64,000 nucleotides of DNA. Source: Oceanispirochaeta sp. Its GTDB lineage: Bacteria; Spirochaetota; Spirochaetia; DSM-2461. The position numbers and the translations under genes are program-made. A model generated the notes under the pieces. It did not search any database. It was not told the origin of the DNA and was given only the letters and a program-made list of their open reading frames with translations. This document shows positions 49,237 to 62,331 of this stretch, one piece after another; within the stretch, counting starts at the first letter, position 1, and every line of letters starts with the position of its first letter. The stretch covers positions 1,440,001-1,504,000 of the forward strand of contig CAXXXD010000002.1 in NCBI GenBank assembly GCA_963663385.2, given 5' to 3'.

Positions 49237-50445
49237 ATGAAAAAGAAAATACTACTTCTCGTATTGATGATAACAATTGGCAGTGGATTCCTTTTTGCTG
49301 CAGACCGCTATTACACTTCACCTTTTACCTGGTACAGTCCCGAAGTGCAGGCTCAGGGGGGATCATTTCTGGCCAATGCCCAGGGATTTAATGCTCTATT
49401 GTCCAATCCGGCCGCTTTTGCCAAGTATCAGGAAAAAGAGAGACGGGACGGGGAAGTCAGAAAAAAAGGCGAAATAACGGTTCTTTCTCTGAGCGGATCC
49501 TATTCCGGAGATATTTTTACCTTTATGGATGAGTATCAGGAGGATCCTGATGATATTATCGCTATCGTTCTGGATCAGGTTACCTCTTCCGGATTGGGGG
49601 CCGGGCTTCAGGTTGGTGCCGGGTATGTGGGAAAAGGATTTGGAATCGGATACATGTCTGTTGTTGATTTCAGTCTTCCTCCGGTGGAAACGACTCTTGG
49701 AATTAAAGCTGATATGGCCTGGACAAATGGTCTTGTCGCCGGCTATGCCCATCCCTTCCATGTGGGGCCCTTTAAACTTGTTGCCGGAGCCGATTTGAGG
49801 CCCATGTACAGGTTTCTTGTTCCCGGAGTAGATATCGCCTCCATAACCGGCTCTGTAAGCGGGGACGATGAAGAGGAAGAAGATGACAGCGATGACCTGG
49901 ATATGAGCAATATTGATGCCCTGGCCGGTATAGGAGTCGGTGTGGATGCCGGAGCCGACCTGTACTGGAATGATTTTATTTTCAGTCTGGTTATGAGGGA
50001 TATAGGCAATACACGTTTTTTCTTTAAACCTGTAAACGCTTTCGGCAGTTTGACCTTTTCCGATGCGGATGAGGTTGACGATACCTACATCACTCCCTGG
50101 TCCCTGAATCTGGGGGTCGCGTATCATCCTGTGCTGGGAGACTGGAATAAATTTATGGACCTGACGGTTCATACGTCCTATTCGCAGCCCCTTATCTTTG
50201 AAGACAAAATCTACGGGTATGATTCTCAGTCATTCTGGACAAAGCTGGATCTGGGAGCAGAAGTTGTTCTCCTCTCGTCAGTTGCTTTGAGAACCGGTTT
50301 TCAGGGCGGGTACTTTACGGCTGGTTTCGGACTGGATCTGTTTTTTGTTGAGCTGAACGGAGCCCTCTATTCGGAAGAGATCGGTTCAAATGCCGGTGTT
50401 CAGCAGAAGATGGGCGGAGCTTTGGAACTGGCGTTCCGTTTCTGA
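49237..50445 (+). CDS. Putative outer-membrane beta-barrel protein (FadL/TraF-like)
   Basis: Signal peptide, AQGG...NALLSNPAA plug-like motif, amphipathic strands, C-terminal Phe. Confidence 0.65.
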   Translation: MKKKILLLVLMITIGSGFLFAADRYYTSPFTWYSPEVQAQGGSFLANAQGFNALLSNPAAFAKYQEKERRDGEVRKKGEITVLSLSGSYSGDIFTFMDEYQEDPDDIIAIVLDQVTSSGLGAGLQVGAGYVGKGFGIGYMSVVDFSLPPVETTLGIKADMAWTNGLVAGYAHPFHVGPFKLVAGADLRPMYRFLVPGVDIASITGSVSGDDEEEEDDSDDLDMSNIDALAGIGVGVDAGADLYWNDFIFSLVMRDIGNTRFFFKPVNAFGSLTFSDADEVDDTYITPWSLNLGVAYHPVLGDWNKFMDLTVHTSYSQPLIFEDKIYGYDSQSFWTKLDLGAEVVLLSSVALRTGFQGGYFTAGFGLDLFFVELNGALYSEEIGSNAGVQQKMGGALELAFRF

Positions 50446-50467
50446 TTTGATCAGCTAATTTTGATTG

Positions 50468-50500
50468 ACCCGGTAATATTTAAATTACCGGGTTTTTTTT
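50468..50500 (+). terminator. Intrinsic terminator
   Basis: ACCCGGTAAT-ATTTAA-ATTACCGGGT followed by T-run. Confidence 0.8.
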
Positions 50501-50605
50501 GGGTTTGAATCTTCTAAAGATTTTTTAAATCGTTGTTGTGAAAGTAAATGAAAATGAATTTTCGAGTATATTTTCAATTTATATTTATATTTTTTCAAAT
50601 AAGTG

Positions 50606-50634
50606 TTGACACTTTCAGGGCCATTTGGTATCTT
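50606..50634 (+). promoter_or_regulatory. Sigma70 promoter of tRNA cluster
   Basis: TTGACA-N17-TATCTT with AT-rich upstream region. Confidence 0.75.
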
Positions 50635-50648
50635 CTCAATCGTTCTAC

Positions 50649-50721
50649 GGGCCGCTAGCTCAGCTGGCAGAGCAACGCCCTTTTAAGGCGTGGGTCACTG
50701 GTTCGAACCCAGTGCGGCTCA
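50649..50721 (+). tRNA. tRNA-Lys(TTT)
   Basis: Cloverleaf; anticodon stem ACGCC/GGCGT, loop CTTTTAA; no encoded CCA. Confidence 0.95.
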
Positions 50722-50744
50722 AAGGCTAACCGAACGAACAAAAT

Positions 50745-50816
50745 GTCTCCATCGTCTAGGGGTTAGGACACCGGGTTTTCATCCCGGCAACGGGGGTTCG
50801 ATTCCCCCTGGAGATG
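50745..50816 (+). tRNA. tRNA-Glu(TTC)
   Basis: Cloverleaf; stem CCGGG/CCCGG, loop TTTTCAT. Confidence 0.95.
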
Positions 50817-50819
50817 AAC

Positions 50820-50892
50820 GGGCCGCTAGCTCAGCTGGCAGAGCAACGCCCTTTTAAGGCGTGGGTCACTGGTTCGAACCCAGTGCGGCTCA
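50820..50892 (+). tRNA. tRNA-Lys(TTT), identical second copy
   Basis: Sequence identical to 50649-50721. Confidence 0.95.
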
Positions 50893-50917
50893 TCCGTTTT
50901 TGTTCGGTTAGTTTTAT

Positions 50918-50989
50918 GTCTCCATCGTCTAGGGGTTAGGACACCGGGTTTTCATCCCGGCAACGGGGGTTCGATTCCCCCTGGAGATG
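50918..50989 (+). tRNA. tRNA-Glu(TTC), identical second copy
   Basis: Sequence identical to 50745-50816. Confidence 0.95.
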
Positions 50990-50995
50990 CTAATG

Positions 50996-51030
50996 AAAAA
51001 GGCTGCTCGATTGTGAGTAGCCTTTTTTCT
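50996..51030 (+). terminator. Intrinsic terminator of tRNA cluster
   Basis: AAAAAGGCTGCTC-GATTGT-GAGTAGCCTTTTTT. Confidence 0.8.
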
Positions 51031-51143
51031 TTTATAATTCCCAGGGGAGTCGAAACCCTCCGTCTAATCCTGACAGTTACTGTTTAACTCAAATCATATT
51101 GTGTGTATAATACTGCTAATACATTGGTAAGAGGATATGGAAT

Positions 51144-52214
51144 ATGAAACAGAATATTATTTTAAAGGCAGAAGACCTGAATGGTTATCTGACGGAAGAA
51201 GATCATAATAATATTGCAAGAATGAATGAGTACTACTCGGAAGCTATGGTGTCGTATAAGGCCCTTTCAGCCGCCGAGGGAAACTCTGCGGTAATTAAAA
51301 AAGAAACCGATAAGATTATTAAAATGTATGAGATTATGGGTGATTTCATGAAAGAGATTACCTCTAAAGAGGATGCTATTCGTGTCTACTCTTTTGAGAC
51401 TCCTCAGTTAAAGCATGGAGAGGTTTCCCGTTTGATTGCAAAACTGCGTGATATCCGTACGCCCCATGATGAGTTTGTCTACTATGTTCAACGCGCTTAC
51501 GAGCTTCTTTTTAATCTAGCCTACGATGGCGGAGAATCCAACCGGAAGAATCATCTGATTGTAAAAACACCTGTTACAATGCCTGTTCAGAATTACGCTG
51601 TACATAAGATACCTGATGTGGATGAGGCAATTGCCGACTCGGTAATGTGTGTTATGCTCCGGGGGGCTTTGCTCCCCTCTATGATTCTCAGCAAGGAGAT
51701 ACAGGAGTATTCATCAACCGGTTATGTCACACCCTTTGCTCTTTTCAAGATTAAAAGGGATGATTCAAGGATGAAGCATAATATGGAATATGTTCTGGAT
51801 CTTGAGAAATCTTTTTTTGATCCGGCTGATCTGGATGGGAAGAATCTTATTTTTGCAGATCCCATGAATGCAACCGGAGGAAGTCTGGTAACCATAGTTA
51901 AGTATATATTGAGCCTCGGAGTTAAACCGAAGTCTATTCGATTCCTTAATGTGATCTCCGCATTGAAGGGGACATTGCAGATCATCCGTTCCATTGAAGG
52001 GATAACCTGCTATACCCTGTGGATGGACCCTGTACTGAATGACGCCGCTTATATCCTTCCCGGGTTGGGGGATGCGGGAGATCGCCTGAATGGAGCGGAT
52101 CATGATGATTATCCCAGGAATATGATTCAGCTGATTGCCGATTACGGAGCAAACCTTGCCAACTTGTACAGATCTCAGGTCCGGACGATTGAACAGACTA
52201 TTCTGGGGCATTAA
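51144..52214 (+). CDS. upp: Uracil phosphoribosyltransferase, long form
   Basis: LR.AL, DPMNATGGS PRPP-binding loop, LN..AYILPGLGDAGDR. Confidence 0.85.
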   Translation: MKQNIILKAEDLNGYLTEEDHNNIARMNEYYSEAMVSYKALSAAEGNSAVIKKETDKIIKMYEIMGDFMKEITSKEDAIRVYSFETPQLKHGEVSRLIAKLRDIRTPHDEFVYYVQRAYELLFNLAYDGGESNRKNHLIVKTPVTMPVQNYAVHKIPDVDEAIADSVMCVMLRGALLPSMILSKEIQEYSSTGYVTPFALFKIKRDDSRMKHNMEYVLDLEKSFFDPADLDGKNLIFADPMNATGGSLVTIVKYILSLGVKPKSIRFLNVISALKGTLQIIRSIEGITCYTLWMDPVLNDAAYILPGLGDAGDRLNGADHDDYPRNMIQLIADYGANLANLYRSQVRTIEQTILGH

Positions 52215-53214
52215 TTTTTTTCTATTATCCCTGTTATTGATCTCCTGCCAGAGTTCTCCTGTAAGGGAAGAGCTGGCCAGGGATTATTATAATATCGGGA
52301 ATGCCTATTTTGATCTGGGAGAGTACGAAAAGGCTGTCGAGTACTACGATCGTTCTCTGGAGCTGGACCCCGGGATTAATCAGGCGGTTTTTAACCTTGC
52401 CAGGACGAATATCGAGACAGGGCGGTATAAAAAATCCTTAAAACTGCTTTCTCAGCTGGAATTAAAGGATCCTGAAAATATTATGGTTCTGGAGATGAAG
52501 GCTTTTACCTATTATAAAATGGAAGAAATAGACCTCGCTTCCGAGTATTACAGAAAAATCCTGGATATTAATCTGTATAGTAAAAGAGCTTTGTACAATC
52601 TGAGTCTGATTGAGAAAGGGGAGGGACGTCTTGCCTCTTCCCGACTGTATCTGGAGCGTTTGCTGGAGCTGGATGATAAACAGGAGTATCGGATTCTACT
52701 TGCGGAGTTGGCGTTGGCGGAAGGTGATCAGGATGAGGCGATTGTTCTGTATGAGTCTTTGCTGCTTGAGGATGATACTCCGTACGAAGTATATGTTGCG
52801 TTAAAAGATCTTTATATAGATACTGAACAGTATTTCGGAGTTTCTGAGATGTTTGACCAGCTTCTTAATACGCCAGAGGGGCAGGAAGTCAGGAAGGACC
52901 TCTTTTTTGAGCGCTGCCGGATTGAGTTTTTGTACCTGGATGACATTATCAGTGCCCAGGAAAATCTGATTCAGGCTCTGGATCTTGGCTATGGACGGGA
53001 AGATAGAGCGTCGCTGGATCTTTTGCTTGAGGAAGTCGATACCGTCTTAAAGGATCAGATTGAAGGAATTATTGAAGAACACCTTCTGGAGCCAGAAGAA
53101 TCAAATGAGCCGGCTGTAGATAATAGCACGGAAGATAATCAGAATTCTGAAGATTCAGGAGTGACTGATGATCTGGAAGAAGAATCAGATCAGAATGTTG
53201 AGTCTGAACAGTAA
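52189..53214 (+). CDS. TPR lipoprotein with acidic tail
   Basis: Lipobox LISC, YYN.GNAY..LG.YEKA TPR; start uncertain (TTG 52189 chosen). Confidence 0.78.
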   Translation: MNRLFWGINFFLLSLLLISCQSSPVREELARDYYNIGNAYFDLGEYEKAVEYYDRSLELDPGINQAVFNLARTNIETGRYKKSLKLLSQLELKDPENIMVLEMKAFTYYKMEEIDLASEYYRKILDINLYSKRALYNLSLIEKGEGRLASSRLYLERLLELDDKQEYRILLAELALAEGDQDEAIVLYESLLLEDDTPYEVYVALKDLYIDTEQYFGVSEMFDQLLNTPEGQEVRKDLFFERCRIEFLYLDDIISAQENLIQALDLGYGREDRASLDLLLEEVDTVLKDQIEGIIEEHLLEPEESNEPAVDNSTEDNQNSEDSGVTDDLEEESDQNVESEQ

Positions 53215-53222
53215 TAGGGTAT

Positions 53223-53262
53223 AAAAAAAGCCTTCCGGGAACTATTCTCAGAAGGCTTTTTT
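53223..53262. terminator. Bidirectional terminator
   Basis: AAAAAAAGCCTTC...GAAGGCTTTTTT between convergent genes. Confidence 0.75.
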
Positions 53263-53286
53263 AGTTTTTTGATTTAAATAAAAGAA

Positions 53287-53913
53287 CTACTTCAGGATAT
53301 TTTTCAAATCCTTAAAAACATCTTCGGGTTTCTGGCTGCTGTCCACATCTATCAGGGCCCCTTCGTTCTGGTAGAATTCGATTAATGGCGCTGTTGATTT
53401 ATCATAAACTGATAAACGGTTTTTGATAGCCTCGATTTTGTCATCATCTCTGGTGTACAGTTCTCCGGAGCATTTATCGCATACCCCGTCTTTCCTGGGG
53501 GGGATGAATTCAATATGAAAACTTTCACCGCAGGATCTGCAAACCCTTCTTCCTGATAATCTTCTGATAACTTCATCTTCGGGGATGGTAAAATTTACGA
53601 CTTTATCAATTGAAGTAAATTCCTTCAGGGATTCAGCCTGAGGTATGGTACGGGGAAATCCGTCCAGGATATAACCGTTTTTTGTGTCATCCTGCTCAAG
53701 TCTTTCTCTAACCATCGCAGTGGTAAGCTCATCAGGCACAAGGTCTCCCTTGTCGAGAATACTTTTTACCTGTTTGCCAAGTTCTGTCTGATTTTTAATG
53801 GCTGCTCTGAAAAGATCACCGGTAGATATATGAGGAATACTGTAATGTTCTTTAGCCTTAAAAGCCATAGTACCTTTTCCCGCCCCGGGAGGTCCTAAAA
53901 AAATCAAATTCAT
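53287..53913 (-). CDS. adk: Adenylate kinase (zinc-LID type)
   Basis: GPPGAGKGT, HISTGDLFR, LDGFPRT, CxxC...CxxC LID. Confidence 0.97.
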   Translation of the reverse strand: MNLIFLGPPGAGKGTMAFKAKEHYSIPHISTGDLFRAAIKNQTELGKQVKSILDKGDLVPDELTTAMVRERLEQDDTKNGYILDGFPRTIPQAESLKEFTSIDKVVNFTIPEDEVIRRLSGRRVCRSCGESFHIEFIPPRKDGVCDKCSGELYTRDDDKIEAIKNRLSVYDKSTAPLIEFYQNEGALIDVDSSQKPEDVFKDLKNILK

Positions 53914-54140
53914 TCTTTCACCTCTTCTTCTGTATTTGTGTAAGTATTATGACATGCTCTGGAACAAAAACCTTGAGTGAATTCTGTATCCAGAGAATAG
54001 TATCGGCCGCAGCTTTTACAGCATCCGTATTGATCGGCACAATCTTCGGAACAGTAGGCTCCATTGATCATTACTACTTCGGGGCAGTATTTTCCGCAAT
54101 TGACACACTTCTTGTAACTCTTGGATTCTGTTTCAGACAT
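53910..54140 (-). CDS. Small protein with two tandem FCS/TRASH-like Cys motifs
   Basis: CVNC-x14-CSEDC and CKSC-x14-CSRAC; stop overlaps adk start (ATGA); start ATG 54140. Confidence 0.7.
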   Translation of the reverse strand: MSETESKSYKKCVNCGKYCPEVVMINGAYCSEDCADQYGCCKSCGRYYSLDTEFTQGFCSRACHNTYTNTEEEVKE

Positions 54141-54147
54141 AGATAAA

Positions 54148-54176
54148 ATAATATCCAAATAAAATTGTCCGGTCAA
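54148..54176 (-). promoter_or_regulatory. Sigma70 promoter, probably producing a leaderless transcript
   Basis: TTGACC-N17-TATTAT-N7-ATG. Confidence 0.6.
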
Positions 54177-54251
54177 TAATATCCTTATTGTCTGTTATGA
54201 AAAGATTTAACACTGATCTGTCTTTTTTAAAGGTTTTTTTATAATATTCGG

Positions 54252-54281
54252 TTGACAAAAAAGCGCGATAAGTTATATATT
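54252..54281 (+). promoter_or_regulatory. rRNA operon promoter
   Basis: TTGACA then TATATA/TATATT at 16-18 nt; boxA-like TGTTCTTTTACAA near 54327. Confidence 0.65.
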
Positions 54282-54603
54282 CACGGAGCACTCGGGGCGA
54301 TAAGCTGCGAACCGCACAGAACTAAATGTTCTTTTACAAAGGAATTAGAGAAGGGAAATTGAAGTATTTGACGAGAGTCAAGACTGCTGCGTACCGGAGG
54401 CCCGAAGGGCTGAGGAACGCAGTAACTGGTAGAAATGTTCAAATCCTGAAACTTTACGGTTGAGGGGTTTGTCCTAGACGTTAGTTTTCTTTAGAGATAA
54501 AGGGACTGACTTTCGCTTTCAGCTGTTCAGGATGATTACATCCGCTTTGCAATGGCTGAGGGTTTTGGTAGAAAGTTATCCACCTTGTGTGGATAAATTA
54601 TAT

Positions 54604-56143
<1,540 letters not shown>

Positions 56144-56340
56144 AGCGTGAAAGGTATAAGTCTTGAGGTTTGTACGCCTTGAGCAGTGAGTCACTATTTA
56201 TAGTGCCTATCAGTAGTTACGTTCCTCGGTCTTTGACCTGTGGTACGTAACTTGCTTGATTCTCGTCAACTACTTCTAATTTCCCGTCAGATAATTCCTT
56301 AAAGGGCTTTAGGCGATTTGAGTTTAAGGCCAAACAATTA

Positions 56341-56414
<74 letters not shown>

Positions 56415-56548
56415 TAAAATTAAGTTTGTATCTTGAACAGGATCAAACTTTTTTTACGCCGAATTGCTTGCAGTGAGGCGGGAGATGCGGGAGGCTTTAC
56501 TCTTGCGGATCTTTGAAAAGGTAATAGCGAAGGGATAAATAATAATAT

Positions 56549-59472
<2,924 letters not shown>

Positions 59473-59583
59473 ATATTATTATTTATCTCTTCAGTTTTAT
59501 ATAAATTGCAATCGCTTTGGAAGCTAGGAATACTTCTGGAGAGTGAATGCTTCTTGTCAGGGTAAGACTTGATAAGATTATTA

Positions 59584-59692
<109 letters not shown>

Positions 59693-59697
59693 TATTT

Positions 59698-59731
59698 GCC
59701 CCTTGTCTTAGGATGAGGGGCTTTTTCTTTT
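59698..59731 (+). terminator. rRNA operon terminator
   Basis: GCCCCTTGTC-TTAG-GATGAGGGGC followed by T-run. Confidence 0.75.
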
Positions 59732-59762
59732 ATAACCGGTTGCGACGACCTTTTTATTAAAA

Positions 59763-61394
59763 TTATAACTCTGAAAAGCAGTCCCCCTGACAGAATCCTT
59801 CCTCATGAAGGGGGCAGTTCCTGCAGATATCAAATACCGGTCTCTGAATAAGGTTATTTAGCGTAGAGTAATAGTTTCCCGGTAAATTGTCCGCCCCTGA
59901 ATATTCCTTGAATCGGTATGTATCTTTTGTTAATGCTTCGCAGGGACTGTAAGTCCCATCGGGATTAAGATTAAAATGAGAAGTAAAATCGTTCCTGTCC
60001 AGATTGCAGATATTGTTTAGATGAGTGTTCCGGAGCAGGTACTTTGATGATTCATTGTCAAAGAGGCAAAGCGGTATAGGGTTTGATATGATGATTTTAT
60101 GTCTTCTGAATTCATATCTGCTTTTTAAATGTTTAACAATAGAGAGAAGATAATCCGCATAGGTTTTAATGGTTTGTTCCGACTTAACTTTATTACAGCG
60201 GGATAATGAGGCTGACAGGCTGATAACCGGATATTGAACTATATCAATATACTTGTTAAGGAAATCCCAGCTCTCATTTTCAGTAAAAGAAACATCATAT
60301 CGCAGAACAATCTGTTTAGAGCAGGTTGTTGCTTTCAGGATATTCTGTGTTATCTGGCGGATCTGCTGTTCTGATTTCAGATTTCTATCTTCAAATAGCT
60401 GAATCACAATTTTTTTCAGATCTTCGAATCTGATAATCTGTGACCAGATATTTTCATGAAATTGCGCCGTTGATGTTATGGTTGTCTGTAGATTGAATCG
60501 TGCTGTTTCAGACAGATAATTCAGGCAGTGGGGTAAAAGGTTTTCCAGACCAGACAGGTTCAGGGTTTTCTTTTCTTTTTCTGATGCGGTAATATTTAAA
60601 ATATCTTCAAACTTTTCCCAATTTATCTGCAGATCCGGAGCTGACGTGTCTTTTTTCCGGTTGGTGCAGTGAAAGCAGCTCATCGGGCCTGAATCCCGTA
60701 AATTAATGGAAACCTGGGTTGAAACCGATTCAAAGATCTTCTCCCGTTCTGCCCTGAATGTTTCATATAGTTTGAATTTCCCTTCTTTGAAAACTATTGT
60801 GCTGTCCAGATTTTCAATTCCCGGAAAATATGCCAGAGACAGGTAATGCTGCAAAAAAAGTTCATCCGGAATGCTGGAGAGAAGGTTTGAAAGATTTCTG
60901 AGTCTAAGTTCTGACAAGAGATGCAGAAAGAGGCTGTTATTAAAATGCCGTATATCAGGGTGAAAATCCTTTTTTTCAACCAACTTCCTTTTCCTGAATG
61001 AGAAGGCGGGATCCATCATAAGGAGATCAAATGCTTTATCTCTGATTGATGGATCATGGTAGAAGAGGAGAGGCAGTATATTTTCGGTTTGATTAAAATC
61101 AAAGTTGTTTTTCTGAAGATCCAGTAAACCTTTGAGGATAAAATCATTTGAAGACTGATTACCTCTGCTTAATTCAGGATTGACTTTATGGCCGGACTCT
61201 CCTGCAGTTGACTCATTCTCCACTTCCTGTTCCATTTGATTAATATTGAATTCTTTACCGATGGATCTGATCTGATACCATATTTTTTTTATTTTACCCA
61301 TATAAAAACCCAGCTTTCTTAAATGGGCAACAGAGTTTTTAGGGTCCAGAAGAAGAATTATAAAAAGAATCAGTATAATCTCAATTAATACCAT
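59763..61394 (-). CDS. TatB-like N-terminus fused to a degenerate radical SAM core and SPASM domain
   Basis: EIILILFIILLLDPK...LRKLG.YMGKIKK (TatB-like TM plus amphipathic helix); GPMSCFHC (CxxxCxxC missing first Cys); PLC, NIC, NPDG.YSPC, CRNC-x7-C-x3-C. Confidence 0.7.
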   Translation of the reverse strand: MVLIEIILILFIILLLDPKNSVAHLRKLGFYMGKIKKIWYQIRSIGKEFNINQMEQEVENESTAGESGHKVNPELSRGNQSSNDFILKGLLDLQKNNFDFNQTENILPLLFYHDPSIRDKAFDLLMMDPAFSFRKRKLVEKKDFHPDIRHFNNSLFLHLLSELRLRNLSNLLSSIPDELFLQHYLSLAYFPGIENLDSTIVFKEGKFKLYETFRAEREKIFESVSTQVSINLRDSGPMSCFHCTNRKKDTSAPDLQINWEKFEDILNITASEKEKKTLNLSGLENLLPHCLNYLSETARFNLQTTITSTAQFHENIWSQIIRFEDLKKIVIQLFEDRNLKSEQQIRQITQNILKATTCSKQIVLRYDVSFTENESWDFLNKYIDIVQYPVISLSASLSRCNKVKSEQTIKTYADYLLSIVKHLKSRYEFRRHKIIISNPIPLCLFDNESSKYLLRNTHLNNICNLDRNDFTSHFNLNPDGTYSPCEALTKDTYRFKEYSGADNLPGNYYSTLNNLIQRPVFDICRNCPLHEEGFCQGDCFSEL

Positions 61395-61395
61395 A

Positions 61396-62091
61396 TCAGC
61401 CCCATTTCAGGAGTTTTGCAGCAGCAAGACAGAGGAGATACAGGATGAACAGGGGGATCGCTACAATAAACTGGGATAGTAGGTCCTGAGTCATGACAGC
61501 CGAAATCAACAGGGCTACGGGAATAAAATAGGGAATGAATTTAATAAGTCTGGCTCTTTTCAGAATTCGGAATCTGAGCAGTATCAGGGTAATTACCGGA
61601 AACTGGAGCGCTACACAGAAGGCCAGGGTGAATTTGAAATAGAAGCTGATGAATTCATTATAGGAAAAAATCTTGGTCAGACTATCCGGAATAAATGCTT
61701 TAGATTCCAGAAAATAGATTGTTATGGGGAGAAAAATTCTTACAGCGTAAATGGCTGTACAGTAGAGAATTAGACTTAACAGAAAAAGAGTTGAAAAAGT
61801 TGTTTTCTCTTTTTTTTCCAGAGCCGGGAGGATAAAAAGAAGAATATTAAACAGGAAAACAGGAAGAGACAATAGCAGTCCTATATACAGTGAAACCTGG
61901 ATCCTGATAGTGAAGCCTTCATAGACTTTCATTACATGAAAATCTATTTGAAAGGTGCTGTTCAGATATCCTATAAAACGAGGGAAAAGAATGTAGGCGC
62001 TTATTGAAAAAATTATGAAAAAAACTAACGCAATTATCAGTTTCGTCCGTAACTCAATGAGGTGTTGTGTAAATGTGAGGTTTTTTTCCAT
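61396..62091 (-). CDS. tatC: Twin-arginine translocase subunit TatC
   Basis: HLIELR, FILPAL...EK, FQ-like LQFPV, D.LSQ...AIP...LY; multi-TM hydrophobic pattern; next to tatA. Confidence 0.9.
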   Translation of the reverse strand: MEKNLTFTQHLIELRTKLIIALVFFIIFSISAYILFPRFIGYLNSTFQIDFHVMKVYEGFTIRIQVSLYIGLLLSLPVFLFNILLFILPALEKKEKTTFSTLFLLSLILYCTAIYAVRIFLPITIYFLESKAFIPDSLTKIFSYNEFISFYFKFTLAFCVALQFPVITLILLRFRILKRARLIKFIPYFIPVALLISAVMTQDLLSQFIVAIPLFILYLLCLAAAKLLKWG

Positions 62092-62298
62092 TTAATGGTT
62101 ATTGGAATCGGAATCGGATGGGTCATCATCCGGTTTTGAAGATTTCTCTTCACTCTCTTCTTTCATTCCGCTTTTAAGACCTTTCTTGAATTCTACCAGC
62201 CCTTCACCGATTGAGCGGCCCAGTTTCGGCAGCTTGGATGAACCGAAAATGAGTAATATGGCACCGCCAACTACAAGTATTTCTACAAGACTGATCAT
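62092..62298 (-). CDS. tatA: Twin-arginine translocase subunit TatA/E
   Basis: EI.V....LLIFG..KLP.LGRSIG.G..EFKKG. Confidence 0.93.
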   Translation of the reverse strand: MISLVEILVVGGAILLIFGSSKLPKLGRSIGEGLVEFKKGLKSGMKEESEEKSSKPDDDPSDSDSNNH

Positions 62299-62331
62299 GA
62301 GATACCTCTTTTATTAAAGCAAAGTTATTAC

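Noticed and set aside
50649..51143. tRNA cluster as integration site of a mobile element
   Set aside because: No integrase or partial tRNA repeat nearby; both duplicates are full-length and flanked by housekeeping genes.
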